Under the pieces are notes generated by a model. The model saw nothing but the letters and a program-made list of their open reading frames with translations. It had not been told where the DNA came from and made no database searches. The translations under genes and the position numbers were made by a program. Of a DNA stretch of 64,000 nt, positions 19,390-29,213 are shown one piece after another; the first letter of the stretch is position 1; each line of letters begins with the position of its first letter. The DNA comes from Acidimicrobiia bacterium (GTDB taxonomy: Bacteria; Actinomycetota; Acidimicrobiia; ATN3; PSLF01), in NCBI GenBank assembly GCA_040289475.1, contig PSLF01000003.1, positions 91,418 to 155,417 on the forward strand, written 5' to 3'.

Positions 19390-22104
19390 TCACGTAACGA
19401 TGTTTACGAGATGCCGCTGGGGGACAACTACAACCCGAGCAGGTTCTCGATTACGAAGAGCCTCCCGAATTTTCTCTGAGGAAAGAGCTACGCGCCTTTG
19501 CTCGTCTTCGGAGGCCGCTGCGTCGATCTCAATTCGGTCTCGAACCTTGCCATCGACTTGCACTACCAACGTGACCGTGCCCGCTCTAGCCAACTCGGGA
19601 TCGGGCTCCGGCCACGACTGGGAATGTACATCGCCTTCAAAGCCCAGTCGCTCCCAAAGCTCGGCCGTGATGTGCGGGGCCATGGGAGCAAGCATCCTCA
19701 AATAGATGTGCATCGCTTCCCTCAAGGTCGCGGACCTTGGTCCTCTAGGCGACTGCGCCCACCTATAGGCCTCGTTCAAAAACTCCATAGACATAGCGAT
19801 CGCAGTATTGAAAGAAAAGTTCTCAATGTCTTTGTTGAAGCGCACAAGTGTGCGGTGTAGCAGCTTGAGAATAGCTCTGTCTTCTGGCTCCTCCTCTCGG
19901 TCGATAGGAGTTGCGAGCTGGCCGAGAGCGAGACGCCATATTCGTTGGAGAAATCGGAGAGCTCCATCCACGCCCTCGTCCTGCCAGTCGAAATCCTCAG
20001 CAGGAGGACCAACGAACAGGTGGTAGACGCGCAAGGCGTCTGCCCCGTGGCTGCGGAAGTACTGGGTCGGAACTGCCACGTTCCCCTTGGACTTGGACAT
20101 CTTGGTACCGCCCATGCGAACCATTCCTTGAGTGAACAAGCGGGCGAACGGTTCTTTTATGTCCATGAGTCCGAGATCCGAGATGGCCTTGGTGAAAAAA
20201 CGAGCGTAAAGCAAATGCAAAATGGCGTGCTCCACTCCTCCTATGTACTGGTCGACCGGCATCCAGTGCTCGACTTTGGATCGATCGAAGATAGCTTGGT
20301 CGTTCTGAGCATCGCAGTAGCGCAGGAAGTACCAGGACGAATCCACGAAGGTGTCCATTGTGTCGGTCTCTCTCCGAGCTTTCCCTCCGCATCTGGGACA
20401 CCTCGTTGACACAAACTCCTCCGACCTTGCCAGTGGCGACTCTCCTGTTGGCTTGAACTCGATCCCTTCTTCAGGAAGGAGCACTGGAAGCTGTTCCTCC
20501 GGTACAGGCGCTATGCCGCACGAATCGCAGTAGACAATTGGAATCGGGCATCCCCAGTACCGCTGGCGCGATATCAGCCAGTCGCGTAGGCGATAGTTCA
20601 CTTTTCTTTTCCCGATACCTCGCCTTTCGAGCCACTCGATGACCGCCTCTTTTCCCCTCTGGGAGTCCAATCCCGTAAACTCGCCAGAGTTGATCATCCT
20701 GCCTTCTCCGACATAAGCAGCCTCTAGAGGCGTTCCACCCCAGCCCGGTGGCTCTATCACAACCTCAATTGGGAGGCCATGGGCCTTGGCGAACTCGAAG
20801 TCGCGCTGGTCGTGTGCAGGAACCGCCATGATGGCCCCTGTGCCGTATGTCATGAGGACATAGTCGGCGATGTACAGAGGGATTTTGGCTCCAGTGAATG
20901 GGTTGATTGCGTGCCGTCCAGTAAAAACTCCACGTTTTTCCCCGATAGATTCTGCAGATAGCCGCTGGACCTCCGATTCCCGCTTTACTTGTTCCACAAA
21001 TGCTAAGACAGAAGCCTCTCTGTCTGTCCCAGCAACTAGCGGCATAACTAGAGGGTGCTCTGGGGCTAGTACGGCGTAGGTCATCCCATAAACCGTGTCA
21101 GGACGGGTGGTGAACACTCGAATCTTGCGCTCTTCTTCGGACAGCCCCGGTATATCCTCCGCAACAGTCAGTTCGAACTCACAACCCTCCGAGCGGCCAA
21201 TCCAGTTGCGCTGCATGACTTTCACGCGTTCGGGCCAGTCCAGGGAGTCGAGATCTTCGAGAAGCTCTTCTGCGTACTTAGTGATTGCAAAAAACCACTG
21301 TTCGAGGTCCCGCTTAGTCACCCGAGTTCCGCAACGCTCACAGGTGGAGTCCTCCCCTACTACTTGCTCATTCGCTAAGACTGTCTGACACGATGGACAC
21401 CAGTTGACGGGAGCCTTCTTGCGATATGCCAATCCGTTCTCAAAAAACTTCACAAAGAGCCACTGCGTCCAGCGGTAGTAGCGGGGATCGAGAGAAGAAA
21501 TTTCGCGGCTCCAGTCATAGACCGCGCCAAGCCGCTTAATTTGTGCCTTCATGTTGGCAATGCGCTCCCGCGTATAGATTGCGGGATGGATACCGGTCTT
21601 TATAGCTGCATTCTCAGCAGGCAACCCGAAGGAATCCCAACCCATGGGCGAGAGGACCTTGTATCCCCTCATGGTCTTATATCGGCAGATTACGTCCCCC
21701 AAGGTGTAGTTGCGAACGTGACCCATGTGCAGATCGCCGGAGGGATACGGATACATGCACAAGTCGTAGAACTTAGGACGTGGGTCGTCCTCGGACACGT
21801 AGTATCGCTTCGTCTTATCCCAATGCTTCTGCCACTTGGCTTCGATGGCTTGGATAGTCTCGGCGTTGTAGGGCTGGGAAGCGACATCCGGCGAAACCCC
21901 ATGGTATTTCTGATCTACCCGCTCGGAATGACGGGCTTGGGCGAGGCGGCCTTGGGGTGCGGATCCATCCGGGAACGGCTGGCCCGCGTCGCTTCCTGGC
22001 CGTCCATCCGGCTCTTGTTTTGTCGCTGATTCTTTATCTCCGTCTGCCCTCATATAACGATTCATCCTATTTCGTCTCATAAATTCTCTTTTGTGATCCG
22101 ACAC
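19390..22104 (-). CDS. leuS: Leucyl-tRNA synthetase
   Basis: 904 aa with HMGH ([15 protein letters not shown]) and KMSKS motifs, a CP1 editing domain and an anticodon-binding domain. About 70 aa of D/G/P-rich low-complexity N-terminal sequence precedes the conserved core; in-frame ATG starts exist only at or before MRADGDK. Confidence 0.9.
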   Translation of the reverse strand: MSDHKREFMRRNRMNRYMRADGDKESATKQEPDGRPGSDAGQPFPDGSAPQGRLAQARHSERVDQKYHGVSPDVASQPYNAETIQAIEAKWQKHWDKTKRYYVSEDDPRPKFYDLCMYPYPSGDLHMGHVRNYTLGDVICRYKTMRGYKVLSPMGWDSFGLPAENAAIKTGIHPAIYTRERIANMKAQIKRLGAVYDWSREISSLDPRYYRWTQWLFVKFFENGLAYRKKAPVNWCPSCQTVLANEQVVGEDSTCERCGTRVTKRDLEQWFFAITKYAEELLEDLDSLDWPERVKVMQRNWIGRSEGCEFELTVAEDIPGLSEEERKIRVFTTRPDTVYGMTYAVLAPEHPLVMPLVAGTDREASVLAFVEQVKRESEVQRLSAESIGEKRGVFTGRHAINPFTGAKIPLYIADYVLMTYGTGAIMAVPAHDQRDFEFAKAHGLPIEVVIEPPGWGGTPLEAAYVGEGRMINSGEFTGLDSQRGKEAVIEWLERRGIGKRKVNYRLRDWLISRQRYWGCPIPIVYCDSCGIAPVPEEQLPVLLPEEGIEFKPTGESPLARSEEFVSTRCPRCGGKARRETDTMDTFVDSSWYFLRYCDAQNDQAIFDRSKVEHWMPVDQYIGGVEHAILHLLYARFFTKAISDLGLMDIKEPFARLFTQGMVRMGGTKMSKSKGNVAVPTQYFRSHGADALRVYHLFVGPPAEDFDWQDEGVDGALRFLQRIWRLALGQLATPIDREEEPEDRAILKLLHRTLVRFNKDIENFSFNTAIAMSMEFLNEAYRWAQSPRGPRSATLREAMHIYLRMLAPMAPHITAELWERLGFEGDVHSQSWPEPDPELARAGTVTLVVQVDGKVRDRIEIDAAASEDEQRRVALSSEKIREALRNREPARVVVVPQRHLVNIVT

Positions 22105-22238
22105 AAGTATTGCAACGGGTGCTGCGCGCCCTCACATTGCTTTGCCCCCCGCCTGTGCGGGTGCAGGCTCAACCGAAGCAGTAGACCTTCACCCGTTGGC
22201 GCTCACCCCAAGCTGAGAGTGAAGCCAGGAGAGAAAAG

Positions 22239-23798
22239 GTGGCGGAATCGAATTCCAATGAAACTACCCAGAAAACTGGGCTTGACGCGCGACCGAGGGT
22301 TCTTGTAGTAGACGACGAGCCTGGGGTTCGGCAAGTCATCAGAGTGAATCTCGTAATGCAAGGCCACGACGTCGTCGAAGCCAAAAACGGCGCTCAAGCG
22401 CTAAAAGCGATCGAGGAGAATGGAATCGACCTCGTCATCTTGGATCTCATGATGCCTAAAGTCTCGGGGTGGGACGTCTTAGAGGAGGTTCGTCAGCGAA
22501 GAGGATTGCGGGCCCTGCCAATCATCGTCCTCTCGGCGGTAACCACCGAAGATGCCAAAGTAAAAGCCTTCGACTTAGGCGCGGTCGACTATGTAGTAAA
22601 GCCTTTTGCGGTGGGAGAACTGCTTGCTCGTGTAAACCGAACTCTTCACGAGCGAAAGGAAAAGCAAGTCCTAGCTGAGTTCTCTATAACCGACTGGGTC
22701 ACTGGATTGTTTAACCGCCGATACCTGGAGCTCCGGCTTCCCCAAGAAGTCTCCAGGGCTCATCGCTACGGTACACCCCTTACCGCCTTGTTCTTCGAAA
22801 TCGACCAGCTTCCTTGGCTTCTGGAACAGAGGGGACCCCACTTTGTAGACGGAATACTTCAAGAGGTAGCTACTCTAGTACGGGGCCAAACTCGGGCATG
22901 CGACGTGCTTTTCAGATATGATGGTGACTTTTTTATCGCCCTCTTGCCCGACACGCCAATGGAAGGAGGTCAGGAAGTCGGGGACCGCATCAGGCGAAAA
23001 TTACTCGAAACGGAGTGGCACCAGGGAGTCGGAATCTCGGGAAGTTTCGGAGTCGTCGAGCTCGAAGAGGGAGAGGAGGCAGCACATTTTATTGGCCGGG
23101 CCGAAGATGCTTTGATGCAAGCCAAGAGGCTCGGTGGTAACGCTCTGTGGCCGCCCAAACCAAGCCCCACTTACGCAGGAATGGGGAGTTATCCACAGAG
23201 TACCGCTGGGACAACTGCTTCGGCTGCCGAGGAATCAGAAACCATGTGGGAGGCTACCGAAGCTGGTTCGACATACTCTGATTCTGCTGGATTTGGCGGT
23301 GTCTTTGATCAGTATCCCGTAGAAGAGGGCGCCCCAGGACCTCTTATCCAGCAAGAGGTGGAGCCAATAACTCCGCATCCCAACCACACACAATGGGATG
23401 AGCTTGAATCCAGCACGACTCAGCGCATCGACCCCTCTCATTTGGCGCAAGTACGGCAACAGTTCGGCCGCGGCGACGAGGAAGGTTACTCAACCGACTT
23501 GAGCGATGCCGCTGCGACGTCGATTGGGGGAGCCGACTATGCCGAGGGCTACCTTCCGGGCCACTCTGAGCCCTACACCCACGGCGAGCAAAATTTTCCC
23601 ACTGAAGTGCAGGCCCAAGAGTGGTATCACCCCGAGTATCCGCAGCAGTGGCCAGAATCCCAAGGGAATGACTCCCAAGAGTGGGTGACTCGCGACAAGA
23701 CCGAAACGCTAAGTGGGGGATATTCGCACGATTCCCCATACAACGAGAGCTCTCCGCATGGTTCTTACTGTCCCGATCTTTCTGAGCCCGAGAAGTAG
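22239..23798 (+). CDS. Response regulator with REC domain + degenerate GGDEF domain + ~230-aa acidic/aromatic low-complexity C-terminal tail
   Basis: REC: RVLVVDDEPGVRQV...DLVILDLMMPKVSGWDVL...VVKPF. GGDEF: TGLFNRRYLE...RACDVLFRYDGDFF; the RxxD I-site is retained, but GG(D/E)EF is replaced by DGDFF. The tail is rich in E/D/Y/Q/P/S/G/W. Confidence 0.85.
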   Translation: MAESNSNETTQKTGLDARPRVLVVDDEPGVRQVIRVNLVMQGHDVVEAKNGAQALKAIEENGIDLVILDLMMPKVSGWDVLEEVRQRRGLRALPIIVLSAVTTEDAKVKAFDLGAVDYVVKPFAVGELLARVNRTLHERKEKQVLAEFSITDWVTGLFNRRYLELRLPQEVSRAHRYGTPLTALFFEIDQLPWLLEQRGPHFVDGILQEVATLVRGQTRACDVLFRYDGDFFIALLPDTPMEGGQEVGDRIRRKLLETEWHQGVGISGSFGVVELEEGEEAAHFIGRAEDALMQAKRLGGNALWPPKPSPTYAGMGSYPQSTAGTTASAAEESETMWEATEAGSTYSDSAGFGGVFDQYPVEEGAPGPLIQQEVEPITPHPNHTQWDELESSTTQRIDPSHLAQVRQQFGRGDEEGYSTDLSDAAATSIGGADYAEGYLPGHSEPYTHGEQNFPTEVQAQEWYHPEYPQQWPESQGNDSQEWVTRDKTETLSGGYSHDSPYNESSPHGSYCPDLSEPEK

Positions 23799-23958
23799 TT
23801 GCCAGGGACGCAACCGTTCTTAGATTCAGTAGGTAGGCTTCAGATAACAGGTTTCTATCGAAAGATCATCTCTCCTTTTGCCGGAAGGCACATGACTGAT
23901 CAGAGGACAAGCTAAGCAAGAACCGTAAAACAGAAGTCTTGCTACACTGGCAGGCCGC

Positions 23959-24032
23959 GGGGCTGTAGCTCAGTCTGGAAGAGCGCTTGCTCGGCAGGCA
24001 AGAGGTCACGGGTTCAAATCCCGTCAGCTCCA
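23959..24032 (+). tRNA. tRNA-Ala (anticodon GGC)
   Basis: Hand-folded cloverleaf. Acceptor GGGGCUG/CAGCUCC includes the G3:U70 alanine identity pair. D-stem is GCUC/GAGC. Anticodon stem is CUUGC/GCAAG with loop UCGGCAG. T-arm is ACGGG-UUCAAAU-CCCGU. Discriminator is A. CCA is not encoded. Confidence 0.85.
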
Positions 24033-24260
24033 CAAAATAGGGGCCGAGCGCAGAAAGCTGGCGCTGACGGGAGACCGCGGTCGCCCCCGATAAATACCTC
24101 ATCTACCACTTCTAAAGCGCACGCTGCTATTCAAACGCGCTTACCGGGGTTTCTCCCGACGGGGCTGCGCAAGATTGAGGTTTTTATTTTTTGTCATCGA
24201 CATTGCCTGGGGTGTGCTTACATAGCAAGACTACGCAGTGTCGCATCTTTTCGTCAGGAC

Positions 24261-24887
24261 GTGGACGCAAGAGACGCCCTAGGAATTCTCAAGCAAGGCA
24301 ACCGCCGCTTTGTGCAAGCGGCAAGTGGGCATTGGCAAGACAGCTATAAATCTTTCATTGAGCGCAGACCACTCCAAGACCTAGCGGAAGCCCAACAACC
24401 ACTCGCCGCCGTTTTAGGATGCTCGGACTCCCGCGTCCCTCCAGAAATCGTGTTCGATCAGTGGCTAGGAGATTTGTTCGTAGTCCGAGTGGCTGGAAAC
24501 GTCGCGGGTCCTACCGAGATAGGAAGCATTGAGTTCGCAGTCGCCACGCTTCATACCCGCCTTGTCGTGGTGCTAGGCCACTCCCACTGTGGCGCAGTTT
24601 CAGCAGCCCTAGACGCCATCCTGGACGATAGTTCCCTTGATTCACCGAATTTGGAATCACTGCTGAAACCAACAATTGCCACCGCTGAAAAAGTCGTCGA
24701 TGCGAACAAATCTGTAAAGCGCAATGAAATCCTCGAAAAATGCATAAGGGCGAATATCCGACAATCTGTTCAAACGGTCATCGACGGCTCACAAATACTG
24801 AATCGATTTGTTCGTGAGAACGAGCTTTTAGTAGTGGGTGCCGAGTACGATCTCCGATCGGGAACAGTAGTCTTCTTTGAAGACTGA
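24261..24887 (+). CDS. Beta-class carbonic anhydrase
   Basis: 208 aa. Zinc-ligand motifs CSDSR and HSHCG (LGCSDSRVPPE...VLGHSHCGAV) are typical of beta-CA. Confidence 0.85.
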   Translation: MDARDALGILKQGNRRFVQAASGHWQDSYKSFIERRPLQDLAEAQQPLAAVLGCSDSRVPPEIVFDQWLGDLFVVRVAGNVAGPTEIGSIEFAVATLHTRLVVVLGHSHCGAVSAALDAILDDSSLDSPNLESLLKPTIATAEKVVDANKSVKRNEILEKCIRANIRQSVQTVIDGSQILNRFVRENELLVVGAEYDLRSGTVVFFED

Positions 24888-25067
24888 CTATTCGATAAAC
24901 TTTCGGCCCGCGCCGACTTGTATTGGTGCGCTTGACCTCTTCAGCAACATGAAATTTGGACACGTTGGCGACTAGTCGCCATTGACTAATCCTTTAGAGC
25001 CTTCTACAATCCCTTGCATCGGTGCGGGGAGGAACTGAAGACCGGAACTGAAGACCGGGGGGGTGTC

Positions 25068-25877
25068 ATGTCCAAGATGGCCGCGTCACGGCCAGCCCCC
25101 AGATCTCGCCGATTTGCAGCCTCGATATTGGCTGCTGTAGTCACGGCTACTCTATTAGCAGTACTCGGTACATCTACGCCCGCTGCAGCCCAAACTTATC
25201 AGCCTGCTCGCAACCCCGTGTTATTGGTTCACGGGCTGACGGCGGACTCTCTTTCTTGGATCGTGTTTAAAGCACGCCTGGAGTCCGATGGGTTCACGGT
25301 CTTTACGGTTGACATTCCAAACAGAGGTTTTGGAGACATCGCCAAGAACTCACAGGTCGTTGCAGCAAAAGTCGCTGAAATTAAGCAGAAAACGGGGGCA
25401 TCCAAAGTCGATGTCGTCGGTCACTCAGAAGGTGGGCTCGAGGCGCGCTATTACATCAAGTACTTGGGTGGATCGCAACACGTCGGCCGGTATGTGAGCC
25501 TCGGGACCCCGCAGTATGGAACGGTGCTTGCGAACTTTTCAACGATGTACAACCTAGCGAGTCTAGTTGGATGTCTTGCGTGTTACCAGATGACGATTAA
25601 TTCTTCCTTTTTGGTCGACCTAAACGCAGGGGACGACACTCCTGGAAATGTCAAGTACACTACCGTTTACACCGCTTACGACGAGCTTGTTCAGCCTTAT
25701 TGGAACGCTGCTTTGAAAAATAGTCCCGTTATGAACGTCAAGATCCAGAGCATCTGTCCCTTCAGGGTCGTCGGACACTTGGGGCTAGTTATCGACGGGA
25801 CGACCTATCAGATAGCGCGTGCGGCGTTGCGCGACCAAGTGCCCTCGTCGTCGAACGTCAACTGCTGGGCTTTGTAG
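25068..25877 (+). CDS. Secreted alpha/beta-hydrolase lipase (Lipase_2 / LipA-like, GHSEGG nucleophile elbow) with twin-arginine signal peptide
   Basis: Preferred ATG at 25068 is preceded by a GGGGGG RBS; the track ORF starts at TTG 25014. Signal: MSKMAASRPAPRSRRFAASILAAVVTATLLAVLGTSTPAAA|QT. GHSxG motif at VVGHSEGG. Confidence 0.75.
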   Translation: MSKMAASRPAPRSRRFAASILAAVVTATLLAVLGTSTPAAAQTYQPARNPVLLVHGLTADSLSWIVFKARLESDGFTVFTVDIPNRGFGDIAKNSQVVAAKVAEIKQKTGASKVDVVGHSEGGLEARYYIKYLGGSQHVGRYVSLGTPQYGTVLANFSTMYNLASLVGCLACYQMTINSSFLVDLNAGDDTPGNVKYTTVYTAYDELVQPYWNAALKNSPVMNVKIQSICPFRVVGHLGLVIDGTTYQIARAALRDQVPSSSNVNCWAL

Positions 25878-26178
25878 CACCTGAGCGCAACACGACGCGC
25901 CGATCCGTTAGCAACCCAGGGCCGATCGCTGAGGTCCTTTACAAAAATTCACTCTCAGACTAAACTATGACTTGGGGTTCTACCGAAAAACAAAGTAAAG
26001 CTAAACATTCTGGCAATAGAGCCATTGGGTCCGGGTCTAGCCAGGCTCTAGCGTGCGCGGGAGACACGCAAAAAAGAGCTTAGGGAGGCCCGGTTGTTGC
26101 TTAAGGGCCTGGGTAGTGCCCGAGCCCCCTTGAGCGACGCGTAACAAGTGAATACCAGAAAAGTGGGAGATAGCTCGC

Positions 26179-27213
26179 ATGCAGTGCCCTTCCTGCGGTG
26201 CAATGAACTCCAATAGAGCGTCTTGGTGCAGCCTGTGTCTGCATGTATTCCGGGATATCGGGGCGGACGTTTCTTCATCTAAGAGAGAGAGGATAGTCGC
26301 GGTCCCCAGGCCCCAGACCGAGGCTAGCGAAGTGCCGGGCCCTAGCGATTCTGCAGTGAGCCTCTCAGATCACGCACTCACAAAGAAGAAATCAACGGCA
26401 CCTCTTGCTGAAACTGAAGCTTCGCTGATAGTTTCAGAGCGCTCCTCCGGTTTCGTAATTCCTTCCTTTTCTACACCCTCTTCTTCTACACCTTCTTCCT
26501 CACCGTACCTGCAGATTCCTACTGCATCCCGACAACGCTCCTCTACTCTCGGAATTGTCGTCAATGTAGATGGTCGCATCACCTGGAAGTGCAAGACATG
26601 CTCCACAACAAATTCGATCGAGGATTTGAACTGTCGAGTTTGTGAAAAGTCGCTTTTAGAACCCCTCAAATCATCCCCTCGAGCAAAAAAGCAAAGAAAT
26701 CTACGGACCAAAGAAGCCCTCCTATGGAGCCTTATCCCGGGCGGCGGTCAGTGGAGGGCAGGGCTCCAAGGACAAGCCATCGCAAGAGGAGCTCTCGTTG
26801 CCTGGCTTTTCGTCATTGCGGTTCTTTTGTGGAACCCACTTGTTCGCTGGGCTCAGCTTACATTCTTAGCAGCCGCTGGGGCAGCATGGGCAGTCTCTGC
26901 GTTCGACGCTTATCGAATGGCAGGTGGCGGGAGGGACAGAGGGCTTCTTATCGGGAAGAAACTCGCGGCTGCTTTCGTCGGCTCGTTGGTGCTTTTATTC
27001 TCCATCAGTTTCGTCATCGCCATCACCGTCACCAACTCGAGTCGAAACAGCCCCACTGTAGTTGGACAGACCACCGACGCATCGACCGGCGCTGTAGTGC
27101 AGGGTCCCTTAGAGTCGCTTCCGAGAGGAAACTCAGATCAAGAGCCCGGTTCTTACGCGGGGTCAGGAGGATACACCCAGGCTGTGCCCGGTAGCCCACA
27201 AGGAGTGAGTTGA
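26179..27213 (+). CDS. Zinc-ribbon membrane protein (two CxxC...CxxC ribbons, S/T/P-rich linker, 2-3 TM helices, G/S/Q-rich C-terminal tail); hypothetical
   Basis: 344 aa. First ribbon: MQCPSCGAMNSNRASWCSLC. Second ribbon: WKCKTCSTTNSIEDLNCRVCEKS. TM helices: VAWLFVIAVLLW... and FVGSLVLLFSISFVIAITV. First gene of the pilin-like cassette; the stop is 1 nt before the next start. Confidence 0.6.
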   Translation: MQCPSCGAMNSNRASWCSLCLHVFRDIGADVSSSKRERIVAVPRPQTEASEVPGPSDSAVSLSDHALTKKKSTAPLAETEASLIVSERSSGFVIPSFSTPSSSTPSSSPYLQIPTASRQRSSTLGIVVNVDGRITWKCKTCSTTNSIEDLNCRVCEKSLLEPLKSSPRAKKQRNLRTKEALLWSLIPGGGQWRAGLQGQAIARGALVAWLFVIAVLLWNPLVRWAQLTFLAAAGAAWAVSAFDAYRMAGGGRDRGLLIGKKLAAAFVGSLVLLFSISFVIAITVTNSSRNSPTVVGQTTDASTGAVVQGPLESLPRGNSDQEPGSYAGSGGYTQAVPGSPQGVS

Positions 27214-27214
27214 G

Positions 27215-28552
27215 ATGATCTCCATCGCTAAACTGGCCCGACTTCTCAGAACGCCCCAAGGGCTAGGACAAGCCTCGCAACAGCCCAGAATAAGGCTCGG
27301 ATCAGATGACCAGACATGTTCCGAGTCGGGATTCACGATCCTTGAGTTGATGGTCGCCATGGCCATACTCCTGATCATGAGCGCAGCGGTGCTATCCCTC
27401 CTGTTGAGTGCTATGCGGCTGCAATCGAGAGCTAGAGCTAGAACGATAGCGGCTCAGGTAGCCGAGAGAACCCTCGAGGAGGCAAGGTCAGCGGGCGTAT
27501 ACAGCCTGCAACAGATAATCCTTTATTACGGCGGGCAATACCAATTCGCTCCGCTCACCGAAGGCCCTTTCACTTTCTATAGGCGTATCGACGTCTCCTG
27601 GGAGGCGGTGTCAGGAACCGCCAACCCCTCTGGCGCGGACATCATTAGAGTCACTGCCGAAGTCACTTGGAACAACATGGGGTCTGACGCTCCAGTTTCC
27701 ATGACGACCTATGTGGGAGGACCTCCGTGTCCTACCAACTCCGGTTACGTAAAAGTAAGGGTCGTCGATCATCTTTTCGACCCACTCCCCAATGTCCGGC
27801 TCGACATGAGAACCAATACTGGACTGTCGTGGGGAACAGGTTTTACGGCCTCTGACGGGTCTTTCATATTTACGTGCGTGTTCGCCAACTCCTACGAAAT
27901 CACTGGAACACTTACCGGATACATAGCAAAAGATCGATCCAGCAAGGTAATCGTTCCTAACATCGCTGTGGTCCCGAGACAAGTAACCACAGTGGAATTT
28001 CAGATGGCGCGCCCTGCCACTCTTCAAGTTCGCTTACTCGATGCTGTTTCTGATCGGGAACTTACCGGAAGTGCAGCAGCTTCTGTATCCAAAGCGGATT
28101 TCGGGCCGTTGGTACTTACCGGAAGATCGCCGTTCACGTTTCAAAACCTCTGGCCCGATACCTACTCGATTGTTGGGGCCGTATTCGACTGCAGCGGGGG
28201 TGGCGGATATATGTCGTCTGTAGTTGGAAGCGTCGACTTACTCCTTCAACCGGGAACAAACTCCACCACATTGAAGCTAAGTCCTGGACCCCAAGTAACG
28301 GTTGAAGTAACCGTGTTAGGGGACAACGCAGCACCCGTGCAAAACGCTTCGGTAGTTGCGAGAGACGCCTGTGGCTTAGTCAATACCTTCCCTAAGACCA
28401 ACTCCTCAGGTGTATCTCAACAATCGGGTATCCGACCCGGCCCATACGAGCTCACGGTTACTCCTCCGCCTGCCTCTGGCTACAGAACATCCACTTCCCG
28501 CTTTATCGCATCGTCGGATCCCACACGAGTCACAGTTTCTGTATCAAGGTAA
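27215..28552 (+). CDS. Large type-IV (pseudo)pilin-like protein with prepilin N-terminal cleavage/methylation motif and C-terminal carboxypeptidase-regulatory/Ig-like beta domains
   Basis: 445 aa. Class-III signal ...SESG|FTILELMVAMAILLIMSAAVLSLL has Phe at +1 and Glu at +5 of the mature N-terminus. The leader is unusually long at 38 aa, with no alternative in-frame ATG. The downstream sequence has repeated beta-rich segments (YVKVRVVD..., TGTLTGYIAKD...). Confidence 0.65.
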   Translation: MISIAKLARLLRTPQGLGQASQQPRIRLGSDDQTCSESGFTILELMVAMAILLIMSAAVLSLLLSAMRLQSRARARTIAAQVAERTLEEARSAGVYSLQQIILYYGGQYQFAPLTEGPFTFYRRIDVSWEAVSGTANPSGADIIRVTAEVTWNNMGSDAPVSMTTYVGGPPCPTNSGYVKVRVVDHLFDPLPNVRLDMRTNTGLSWGTGFTASDGSFIFTCVFANSYEITGTLTGYIAKDRSSKVIVPNIAVVPRQVTTVEFQMARPATLQVRLLDAVSDRELTGSAAASVSKADFGPLVLTGRSPFTFQNLWPDTYSIVGAVFDCSGGGGYMSSVVGSVDLLLQPGTNSTTLKLSPGPQVTVEVTVLGDNAAPVQNASVVARDACGLVNTFPKTNSSGVSQQSGIRPGPYELTVTPPPASGYRTSTSRFIASSDPTRVTVSVSR

Positions 28553-28563
28553 AGGTGTCGTCA

Positions 28564-29213
28564 TGGCCAAGGTGGATAGAGATAGCAATAGCGGAGTTAC
28601 CTTAACCGAGCTTTTGGTGACGATGGCGATCTTCCTCATCGTGGGAACCATGCTGTCGGTTGAATTTAGCTCATGGATAACAAACACCAAAATCGCCCAG
28701 GATAGATCCGAGGCCATGCAGCAAGGAAGGCTGGCTATGGCACAACTGACCAAGGAGCTCCGGCAAGCAATCTCGCCGACAGCCAGCCCCTCTGCCTTTG
28801 AAGATGCGGGACCATTCAGCATTACTTTCCGAGAGCTGACCACAACCCTGGCAGCAACTTCATCTCCCATTCGAGTTACTTTTTCTCTCACTCCACAACG
28901 AACGCTCACTTATTTCAGTCGTACCGCAAATGGAGTAGTTATAAAAGGTCCAGTTCCAATTGCTTCGTATGTGTCAAATCCGACAACGGGGCCGCAGACC
29001 ATGCCTGTTTTTAGATACTTCACAATCACACGCGACTCCACTTTTCAGGAATTACCGTCTAGCGTCCAAAAGCTCCCATTGACAGCAAGCGAGCGAACGC
29101 AAATTGCTCAAATTCAAATCACCTTGATTATGGACAAAGACCCATCTTCCAGTATTGGACAGACGCGCTTTTCCGATACCGTCCTCGTAAGAAGCTGGGG
29201 GTTCGCAGTATGA
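28564..29213 (+). CDS. Pseudopilin / minor pilin (PilW/GspJ-like) with N-methylation motif
   Basis: 216 aa. MAKVDRDSNSG|VTLTELLVTMAIFLIVGTMLSVEF is a short basic leader, then G, a hydrophobic helix and Glu at +5. RBS AAGGTAAAGG lies upstream. The track ORF of 28410-29213 has a spurious 5' extension that overlaps the upstream gene. Confidence 0.7.

Noticed and set aside
23866-24102. 78-aa minus-strand ORF overlapping tRNA-Ala
   Set aside because: It overlaps a well-folded tRNA gene and is the antisense translation of a structural RNA.
24140-24200. T-run (GGTTTTTATTTTTTG) downstream of tRNA-Ala as an intrinsic terminator
   Set aside because: No convincing GC-rich hairpin immediately precedes the T-run, so it is not called as a terminator.
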